Part shown: in pieces, positions 19,205-26,090 of the stretch
Layout of the letters: each line of letters opens with the position of its first letter
Numbering within the stretch: the stretch's first letter is position 1
DNA from: Candidatus Iainarchaeum sp.
GTDB lineage: Archaea; Iainarchaeota; Iainarchaeia; Iainarchaeales; JACQJH01
Length of the DNA stretch: 32,000 nucleotides
NCBI GenBank assembly: GCA_016205145.1
Contig: JACQJH010000002.1
Span: forward strand, 605,307 to 637,306
Reading direction: 5' to 3'
Made by a program: the position numbers and the translations under genes
Notes under the pieces: generated by a model
Database searches by the model: none
What the model saw: only the letters and a program-made list of their open reading frames with translations
What the model was told of the DNA's origin: nothing

Positions 19205-19317
19205 ATAAGCAGATGCATTAAGCGGCGGTCTTGGAACAAGTGGAAGGTATCGGAACCGAAGGTTCTGATATTGGTTGCAGCGACTGAGCTGCGGCAATTG
19301 GGGCCATGCCAAGCCGC

Positions 19318-20418
19318 CTATTTTTTGTATTTCGCACAAAGCCCTTTCCTGAAGGCGGAAAACCTGTTTTCCTTTATCGCAAGCCTCGCCTCTTTCATGA
19401 GGCGCTGCGTGAAAAACAGGTTGTGCCAGGAAAGATAGCGCTGGCCGTTTTCCTCATGCGTCCTGAACAGATGGTGCAAAAACGCGGAAGAAAAATTCCG
19501 GCAGACAAAGCAGCCGCAGGTTTCGTCCAATGGTTTTTGCAGGAAACGGTTTGTCGCAAGGTCGATGTTTTTCTTGCCTTGAAACGTAAAGACATGGCCG
19601 TGCCTTGCCATGCGCGTTGGAAAACAGCTGTCGAAAACATCCGCACCCAACGCGATTGCGTCAAGCAGGTCAGCAGGCGAGCCGAGGCCCATGACATACC
19701 TCGGCTTGTCCTCCGGAATGAACGGCATGCAATAGCCGGCAATCCTGTTCATCACGCTTTTCGGTTCGCCGATTGAAAGCCCGCCAATGGCGAGGCCATC
19801 AAAATCGAGTTCGTTGAGCGCGAGAACGCTTTTTTTGCGCAGGTCCTTGAATTTTCCGCCCTGGCAGATGCCGAACAAAAGCTGTTTTTTGTTCGAATGC
19901 TCTGCCTTGCAGCGCTTCGCCCAATCCGTTGTGCGCTGCACTGCAACCGCAACCTGCTTCTTCGACTTGTCATGGCTGGGCACGTCATCCAAGACCATTG
20001 CAACGTCGCTGCCCAAAGAGTTCTGGATTTGAATGCATTTTTCCGGTGAAAGGAATGCGTTGACGCGGTCGAAAGGATTGTGGAAGGAAACGCCTTCATC
20101 GGAAATGCCCCGGAAAAACTGCTGGCGCAGGATCTGGAAGCCGCCGGAATCCGTGAAAATGCCGCGCTTCCACCCGATAAAGGAATGCAGGCCGCCCGCA
20201 TCCGCAATCGCCTTCAGGCCCGGCCTGAGCGAAAGCAGAAAAGAGTTGGATATAATGGTTTTGGTGCCGAGCTGTTCCAACTCTTTCGTGGAAATGAATT
20301 TCACCGCGCCCTTTGTTGCGACGGGCATGAAAAGAGGCGTTTCAACTGTTCCATGGCAAAGCTTCAGCCTGCCGGCCCTGGCGGAAGTTTTCCTGTCCGA
20401 ATGCAAAAGCCTGAACAT
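19318..20418 (-). CDS. tgt: tRNA-guanine transglycosylase, catalytic domain only, bacterial/eukaryal (queuine/preQ1) sequence type
   Basis: FTDSGGFQI, LLFGICQGG, LAIGGLSIGEP, DKPRYVMGLGSP, FDSCFPTRMARHG and zinc motif CGCFVCRNFSSAFLHHL. ATG at 20418 (the track adds an upstream TTG). Confidence 0.85.
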   Translation of the reverse strand: MFRLLHSDRKTSARAGRLKLCHGTVETPLFMPVATKGAVKFISTKELEQLGTKTIISNSFLLSLRPGLKAIADAGGLHSFIGWKRGIFTDSGGFQILRQQFFRGISDEGVSFHNPFDRVNAFLSPEKCIQIQNSLGSDVAMVLDDVPSHDKSKKQVAVAVQRTTDWAKRCKAEHSNKKQLLFGICQGGKFKDLRKKSVLALNELDFDGLAIGGLSIGEPKSVMNRIAGYCMPFIPEDKPRYVMGLGSPADLLDAIALGADVFDSCFPTRMARHGHVFTFQGKKNIDLATNRFLQKPLDETCGCFVCRNFSSAFLHHLFRTHEENGQRYLSWHNLFFTQRLMKEARLAIKENRFSAFRKGLCAKYKK

Positions 20419-20456
20419 CAAAAAATTTGGCGGAAAAACGCTTAAAAACCGGAAAG

Positions 20457-20469
20457 TTATTATTAAAAG
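20457..20469 (+). promoter_or_regulatory. TATA-like box for the SRP RNA gene
   Basis: TTATTATTAAAAG is centred ~28-30 nt upstream of the predicted 5' end of the RNA at 20494. Confidence 0.5.
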
Positions 20470-20493
20470 CTTCAGCGCGCAAAAGCTTGTTTT

Positions 20494-20762
20494 GGCTAGG
20501 TTGGGGCGCTGGCGGTGCCTTGTTACCGGAAACCCGCTTTATGCCGGAACCGAAAAACGGGGGAAGGGCAGAACCGGAGAAAAAAGGCGCCTTTCAGGCG
20601 TTGACGCTCTGTCCCTGCAGGTTTTCAGCAGGAATGAAACCCGCCAGGTCCGGAAGGAAGCAACGGTGGTTTCGGCGGGGAACGCTGCAGGGGAAACGGA
20701 GAACAGCAGGGAAGGCGGAAAAACTTTTTTCCGAGGCTTTGTTCGACCCCCGCCACGCCATT
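20494..20762 (+). ncRNA. ffs: Signal recognition particle RNA (7S/SRP RNA); ends approximate
   Basis: CAGGUCCGGAAGGAAGCA at ~20654-20671 is identical to the universally conserved helix-8 SRP54-binding motif with GGAA tetraloop. The 5' segment GGCGCUGGCGG can pair with the 3' segment CCGCCACGCC. A UGUUACC Alu-domain-like loop is present, and the tract is GC-rich and structured in an otherwise non-coding gap. Confidence 0.85.
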
Positions 20763-20839
20763 TATACATAAGGAATTGGGCGAAAAATCGGAAAGAATAA
20801 ATATAACAAAAAAAAGATTAGTGTTAAGGGAAAAATTTA

Positions 20840-21220
20840 ATGTTTGAGGAAAAGATTTCCGTCAAGGACATAATTGACGAAATGAGAAGGGAGCTTCGCG
20901 CCCAACAGGAAGACGAACTGCCTGCGCCCAAAGGACCCCCTTTAAGGCTTTCGCACCCCGCGAAAAAAGCCGGGCAAAAACTGAAAACCGTGAAAATTGG
21001 CAAAAAGGCGAAAAAGCCGAGAAAGATAAAAGCCGGAAAAAGGCCTAAAACCGCGAAAAAGGCTAAGAAAAAGGCAAGCCGGCCGAAAAAACCGGCAAAA
21101 AAGAATGCCGTGAAAAAAGGCAAAAAAGCCAAGCCTAAAAAAACCAAAAAAACATCCAAAGGAAAACAAGCCAAAAAGGCAAAGGCCGGGAAAGCCGGCA
21201 AAAAAAAGGGAAAAAGATAG
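20840..21220 (+). CDS. Small protein with acidic N-terminal helix and an extreme Lys/Ala/Pro-rich tail (histone H1/HC2-like low complexity)
   Basis: 126 aa. The ~85-residue tail consists of KKAKK / PKK / AKK repeats. A TATA-like AATAAATATAA lies ~35 nt upstream. Confidence 0.6.
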   Translation: MFEEKISVKDIIDEMRRELRAQQEDELPAPKGPPLRLSHPAKKAGQKLKTVKIGKKAKKPRKIKAGKRPKTAKKAKKKASRPKKPAKKNAVKKGKKAKPKKTKKTSKGKQAKKAKAGKAGKKKGKR

Positions 21221-21260
21221 CTGTTTCCTTTCCCGCTTGCCGGCTTTTAAACGCGCAGGG

Positions 21261-22394
21261 TTATTGCTGCACGAATTTTTTTATTTCCCGCTCAACAGAA
21301 GAAAGCGCATTCCGCACGCTGGTCAGGGCGCTCCATCCCGAATCCTTTGCTATGAAAAGCTTTCCCGCCGAATTCAGCCTGACCGAAACATCGTACTTGT
21401 GCCTTGCACCGGAAGCGCTGAGTTCCTTGAAATGCACGAACAGGATGATTTCATTGTGCAGCAGCATTTCAGCCTTGTCGTAAAGCGCGTCCAGGGAACT
21501 GCTGAAGGTTGCGGCGTCAATCTCATCGAAAGCCGGGCAATCGCTGACCTGGATGTTCCTGCCGGGCCCGGATTTCAATGCATCAAATGCCTTCAGCAGG
21601 TTCGTGATGGTCACTATGCCGCGGGGCCTGCCGTCAAAAATTATGACGCTTGAAACGTTTGCCCTGGACATTTTCTGGACAATGGCCGGCAACGATTCTT
21701 CTGGCGAGGCCGTCACGATTGTTTCAGGCGAAAGCCTGCTTTTCACCAGGACGCCTGAAATGGTCTCGTTCTCCTTGAAAGCCTTCATCGAATACCCCAT
21801 ACTCGACCTTACCCCGCCCTTCTTTTTCGGCGGGTGGATCAGGAAATTCCGCATCAGGTCGGTGAAGGAAACTACTCCGACCAGCACGCCGTTCCTGTCG
21901 GCCAAGGGAATCTTGTCTATGCCCTTCTTGCGCATTGCGGAAAACGCCTGCGAAAGCGTCGAGCTGTCAGGCAGCGAAATGAAATCCTTTGTCGCAATGT
22001 CCATTGCCTTCATTGCGCGGAGCTCGCCGAAACTGTTTATGCTCCGCAAAACCGAAGAATGGGTGACAACCCCAAGCAGCTTGTTCTTGTCAAAAACCGG
22101 GAGAGTGCGCAGGCCGGTTTCAAGCATGAGCTTGGCAATCCTTTCAACCGGGTCCGCGGGTGAAAGCGCGGGCGCCTTTTCAGTGACTGAAGAATTGCTC
22201 ACCTTGGAAAAGTCCTTGGTGCCGCGGTAAAGGGAGCGCCATGAAACAATGCCCGAAAAATTTTTCCCGTCAAAAACAAGCGCGTTCTTGTTCTTTGTAG
22301 AAATGAACTGGTTCATTGTCTTTGAAACCGGGTCGGAAGCGGAAACCCTCAGAAAATCGCCGTCAACAAGATCGGCCGCAGAAACCTTCGCCAT
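21261..22394 (-). CDS. Four-CBS-domain protein fused to a C-terminal HPF/RaiA (ribosomal S30AE)-like domain
   Basis: Four CBS repeats occupy residues ~1-270. Residues 279-377 show the beta-alpha-beta-beta-beta-alpha pattern and consensus-like positions (RHK..V.V.L..G.L.A; SALTSVRNALSSVEREIKK). A GAGGTGA Shine-Dalgarno sequence lies 7 nt upstream of the ATG, and the gene starts 11 nt downstream of tpiA. Confidence 0.8.
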   Translation of the reverse strand: MAKVSAADLVDGDFLRVSASDPVSKTMNQFISTKNKNALVFDGKNFSGIVSWRSLYRGTKDFSKVSNSSVTEKAPALSPADPVERIAKLMLETGLRTLPVFDKNKLLGVVTHSSVLRSINSFGELRAMKAMDIATKDFISLPDSSTLSQAFSAMRKKGIDKIPLADRNGVLVGVVSFTDLMRNFLIHPPKKKGGVRSSMGYSMKAFKENETISGVLVKSRLSPETIVTASPEESLPAIVQKMSRANVSSVIIFDGRPRGIVTITNLLKAFDALKSGPGRNIQVSDCPAFDEIDAATFSSSLDALYDKAEMLLHNEIILFVHFKELSASGARHKYDVSVRLNSAGKLFIAKDSGWSALTSVRNALSSVEREIKKFVQQ

Positions 22395-22405
22395 AAAATC
22401 TCACC

Positions 22406-23077
22406 TCAAAAACCGCTGACAAGGTCAAGCATTGCCGCCTCGGGAGAGGAAACCTTTATCACGCCGGAAGCGACAAAAATGCCCTTTGCGCCAAGCTCCA
22501 TTGAAACCCGGACATCCTCGGCTGACTTGACTCCGGCGCCGACAAGCAATGGAATGCCGTGCTTTGAGACCGCCTCGACGCACTCCGCAATCAGGTCCGG
22601 CTTCGCAGTCGAAACCGAAACATTCCCGCCGATCAATTCAGGGGGTTCGAACGCAATCAGGTCCGGCTTCGACGCAAGCGATGCGATTGCCCCGGCCCGT
22701 TCAACGGTTTCAGCGCACGCCAAAACATTCAGGCCCGAGCCTTTGGCGATTGAAATCGATTCAGCAAGGCATGGCGCGTCGATTTTGCGCTCCGCATGGT
22801 TGAGCACGGTGCCGGATGCTCCGGCTTCCTTAACTGCTTCCGCAAGCACCTGGCCGGTATGCGCGCCCGGCCTGATTGCGTCAACGTGCTGGCAGAAAAC
22901 CGGAATCGAAACGTTCTCGGAGACAAGCCGCAGGTCGGCTGCCTGCGGCACGACGCAGACGCAGTGCTCCGATTGCAACGAAACCCGCTCGGCGGCCTTC
23001 GCCAAAGCCAGGGCATTCCTGCCGGTGGACTCGGAATAGGTTTTGAAATTCACGAAAAGGCATGGAACCCCGAGCAT
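22406..23077 (-). CDS. tpiA: Triosephosphate isomerase, short archaeal type
   Basis: 223 aa with VNFKTYSESTG, VLNHAERK and LLVGAGV motifs typical of archaeal TIM. Confidence 0.87.
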   Translation of the reverse strand: MLGVPCLFVNFKTYSESTGRNALALAKAAERVSLQSEHCVCVVPQAADLRLVSENVSIPVFCQHVDAIRPGAHTGQVLAEAVKEAGASGTVLNHAERKIDAPCLAESISIAKGSGLNVLACAETVERAGAIASLASKPDLIAFEPPELIGGNVSVSTAKPDLIAECVEAVSKHGIPLLVGAGVKSAEDVRVSMELGAKGIFVASGVIKVSSPEAAMLDLVSGF

Positions 23078-23133
23078 AAAAATAATCTGGGGCGAATCTC
23101 CTTAAAAAACGCTTGCAAAAAAAGCGAAAAAAA

Positions 23134-24111
23134 TCAGATCCATTTCTGTTTCCGGAAATACATCAGCATTGCCGCCGCAACCACTGCCATCAGGCCCAGC
23201 GCCAAGAAATAGCCGTACTGCTGCCCCCAGGCCGAATGGATTTCCGGCATGTACTTGAAGTTCATGCCGTAAATGCCGGCGATCAGTGAAAGTGGAAGGA
23301 TTATTGTCGCGATAATCGTCAGCACTTTCATTGTCTCGTTCAGCCTGTTGGAAATGGTCGAGGCGTAGCCGTCAAGTATGCCGGTCAGAATGTCCCTGTA
23401 ATTGTCCATCACGTCCGACACGCGTATGAGATGATCGTAAACGTCGCGGAAATAAATCGAGAGCTTCTGCGGAACGAATTTCTGCTCGCGCAATGCAATC
23501 GCCATCAGCACTTCCCTTTCGGGGGTGATTATTTTGCGCAAAGAAAAAATAGAGCGCTTCATTTTGAATACGGCCCTGAGGATTTCCTTTGAAGGGTTGT
23601 CGAAAACCTGGTTCTCGAGCCGGTCTATGTCGTCGCCGAAAACGTCAAAGACCGGAAAGTACGAGTCCACCAGAAGGTCCAGGACAAGGTAAAGCATGAA
23701 TGCCGGGCCGCGCGAAAAAAGCTGCGGGTTTTTTTCCATTGTCTGGATGGCCTCGCCGATTGCCGGAACGCCGTCTTCGCTTGACGTGACTAAAAAATTC
23801 TTTCCAAGGAAAAAATCGAGTTCGGATGTCGAGGCGCCGTGCTTCGAATAACTCACGGCGTATGAAACTATGAACAGGTGATCCTCGTATTCGTCGATTT
23901 TCGGACGCTGGATCGGATGCAGCGTATCCTCCACTGCAAGCGGGTGCAGCGGAAAAATTTTTGAAAGAAACGCCATGTCGTCCTTGGAAGGCTTTGAAAT
24001 GTCGACCCAGACAAAAAATCCTTTGGGCGGGTTTTTCATTATTTCCGGGAGCCTGGCTGCAGGACATTCAACCGGCTTTTTCCCGTCAAAATAAAAAACC
24101 CTGCCGATCAT
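23134..24111 (-). CDS. corA: CorA-family magnesium/cobalt transporter (ATG 24111; the track extends to TTG 24126)
   Basis: YGMNFKYMPE (GMN motif) sits between two C-terminal TM helices, preceded by a large cytoplasmic N-terminal domain. Confidence 0.87.
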   Translation of the reverse strand: MIGRVFYFDGKKPVECPAARLPEIMKNPPKGFFVWVDISKPSKDDMAFLSKIFPLHPLAVEDTLHPIQRPKIDEYEDHLFIVSYAVSYSKHGASTSELDFFLGKNFLVTSSEDGVPAIGEAIQTMEKNPQLFSRGPAFMLYLVLDLLVDSYFPVFDVFGDDIDRLENQVFDNPSKEILRAVFKMKRSIFSLRKIITPEREVLMAIALREQKFVPQKLSIYFRDVYDHLIRVSDVMDNYRDILTGILDGYASTISNRLNETMKVLTIIATIILPLSLIAGIYGMNFKYMPEIHSAWGQQYGYFLALGLMAVVAAAMLMYFRKQKWI

Positions 24112-24176
24112 CGGAGCACCGTTCAAAGTAAAAAGCGGGAAAGAAGTATTTAAGCTTTTCAGGAAACAATATTGTT

Positions 24177-26039
24177 GTGGCTCACCTTACTTTTGAATCC
24201 CTGGAAAAGGCTGTCAGCGAAACGCCCGGCATGAGGTCCGGCAGGATCAGGAAGGCGTGGGAGTTCGCGAACAGGATTCACGCAAACCAGGCCTATGCCG
24301 GCAGGGGCTTTACCCAGCACCTGCTTGAGGGCGCGGAAGAGGTTGCAAGCCTGGGCCTTGACGAGGAAACAATAATCGCGGAACTGCTGCACAACGCGAT
24401 TGATACCGGAAAGGTGCCGGCGAACGAGGTTGAAAGGCACTTCGGCGGCGAAGTGGCGAGGATTGTTTTGGAACTCACAAAAATCCGGGAGATACTGAAC
24501 AAAAACCCGAACCTCAAGCCAGGATACACAGAATCCATAATCCTTGCCTCGGCAAAGGACATCCGGACAGTCATAATCGCCATTGTGAACAGGCTCACGA
24601 CCCTGCGCTCGATAAGCCATTTTCCTGCGGAGGACGCGAAACGCATTGCCAGAACCTCGCTTTCCGTTTTCGTGCCCATAGCGCATAAGCTCGGATTGAT
24701 GGGCATAGCCGCCGAAATGCAGGACCGGAGTTTCCGGGTTCTTGAGCCGGAAAAGTTCGAGGCCGCACGCAGGGTTTCGGGCAACCGGCCGGAACTTGAA
24801 AAAAAGCTCGCCGAAGCCGAAGCCGAGGTTTCGGAAAAGCTTGCGGAACAAAAGCTTAATGCGACAATCACCGGCAGGGTGAAAACGCTTTACAGCATTT
24901 CGAAAAAGCTTGAAAGGAAAAAAGACAATGAAATGCTCGACCTGCTCGGCATCCGCATAATCTGCAATTCGCCGGAGGAGTGCTATCAGATCCTTGGCAC
25001 GGTGCACTCGCTTTACCAGTTCCATCCCGAGGAGTTTTCCGATTACATCGCGAAGCCGAAGCAGAACGGCTACCAGAGCATCCACACTTTGATAAACTGG
25101 CACGGCACCCCCCTGGAAATCCAGATCCGGGACTGGCGCATGCATTCGGAAGCCGAATCCGGGCTGTCGGCGCACTGGCATTACAAGGAATTCGAAAAGA
25201 ACAAGTACTTTGACAAGCGGCTTTCATGGGCAAAAGAGCTTGCGGAATGGGGAAAGGGCAGAGGAAAAAGCGAACTTGAAAAAATCGCCGCCCTGACAAT
25301 CGGCGGCAATGAAATCTTCGTGCTGACGCCGAAAAACGAGGCGATTGTCCTGCCGAAAGGCTCGACCCCTGTTGACTTCGCGTTCGCGGTGCACTCCGAC
25401 GTGGGATTCAACTGCCACCAGGCAAAAGTCAACGGCAAAATGGTTCCACTGGAAACCGAACTGCAGAACGGCGACCAGGTTGAAATCCTGACGACAAAAA
25501 AAAAGCAGGCGAAAAGCCTGTGGCTCGGCTTTGTGAAAAGCCTCAAGGCAATCCAGAAAATCAAGCAGGCGCTCGGCATAAGGTCCGTGGAAAAAAAGCC
25601 GGTGAAGGAGAAACGCTTTGTGGAAATCGGAAAGGACAACCGCGTCAGAATGGCGAACTGCTGCAACCCCCTGCCTGGCGACAAAATAATAGGGTACAGG
25701 ACGACAAAGCGCAAAATAGCAATCCACAAGGCCGACTGCAAAGCCCTTGGAACCCTGTCGTCGTCAAAAAAAGTCGACGTTGACTGGTCGGACAGGCTGC
25801 TCAAAAGCTACACAGCGAAAATCTTCATAACCGGCAGGGACAGGGTCGGGGTGATGCGCGACATACTCGAGGTGTTCTCGGCGAACAAGGTCAATGTCGA
25901 GGGAATTGACGGCAGGACAAGCCAGAACGGAAGCTTCGAGGCAGCGATAACCGCAAAAATCAAGAGCGCGGAAGAGGTCGAAAAGCTGCTCGGAAAAATC
26001 CGCAAAGTCGACTCCATTGCAGGCGCCGAAAGGAGATAG
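24177..26039 (+). CDS. Long RelA/SpoT homolog: degenerate HD hydrolase domain, (p)ppGpp synthetase, TGS, Cys-rich and ACT domains (GTG start 24177, alternative ATG 24231)
   Basis: Synthetase motifs GRVKTLYSISKKL, DLLGIRII, YIAKPKQNGYQSIHT, EIQIR and AHWHYKE. TGS segment is IFVLTPKNEAIVLPKGSTPVDFAFAVHSDVG, followed by CCNPLPGDKIIGY...IHKADC and a C-terminal ACT-like fold. The hydrolase HD motif reads LLHNAID. Confidence 0.88.
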   Translation: MAHLTFESLEKAVSETPGMRSGRIRKAWEFANRIHANQAYAGRGFTQHLLEGAEEVASLGLDEETIIAELLHNAIDTGKVPANEVERHFGGEVARIVLELTKIREILNKNPNLKPGYTESIILASAKDIRTVIIAIVNRLTTLRSISHFPAEDAKRIARTSLSVFVPIAHKLGLMGIAAEMQDRSFRVLEPEKFEAARRVSGNRPELEKKLAEAEAEVSEKLAEQKLNATITGRVKTLYSISKKLERKKDNEMLDLLGIRIICNSPEECYQILGTVHSLYQFHPEEFSDYIAKPKQNGYQSIHTLINWHGTPLEIQIRDWRMHSEAESGLSAHWHYKEFEKNKYFDKRLSWAKELAEWGKGRGKSELEKIAALTIGGNEIFVLTPKNEAIVLPKGSTPVDFAFAVHSDVGFNCHQAKVNGKMVPLETELQNGDQVEILTTKKKQAKSLWLGFVKSLKAIQKIKQALGIRSVEKKPVKEKRFVEIGKDNRVRMANCCNPLPGDKIIGYRTTKRKIAIHKADCKALGTLSSSKKVDVDWSDRLLKSYTAKIFITGRDRVGVMRDILEVFSANKVNVEGIDGRTSQNGSFEAAITAKIKSAEEVEKLLGKIRKVDSIAGAERR

Positions 26040-26090
26040 AACACCAAAGGAATATTAACACGAAAAGCAAAATTAGGTGGGGGGGATTGG

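Noticed and set aside
20033-20800. 255-aa plus-strand ORF spanning the tgt 5' half and the tgt/Lys-rich-gene spacer.
   Set aside because: Its first part is antisense to tgt and its second part is explained by the SRP RNA (conserved helix-8 motif). The translation is Gly/Arg/Lys low complexity.
20824-21201. 125-aa Phe/Leu/Ala-rich minus-strand ORF that looks like a membrane protein.
   Set aside because: It is the reverse complement of the AAA/AAG-rich Lys tail (TTT/CTT codons), an artefact of low-complexity DNA. The plus-strand ORF has the promoter-like context and a structured N-terminus.
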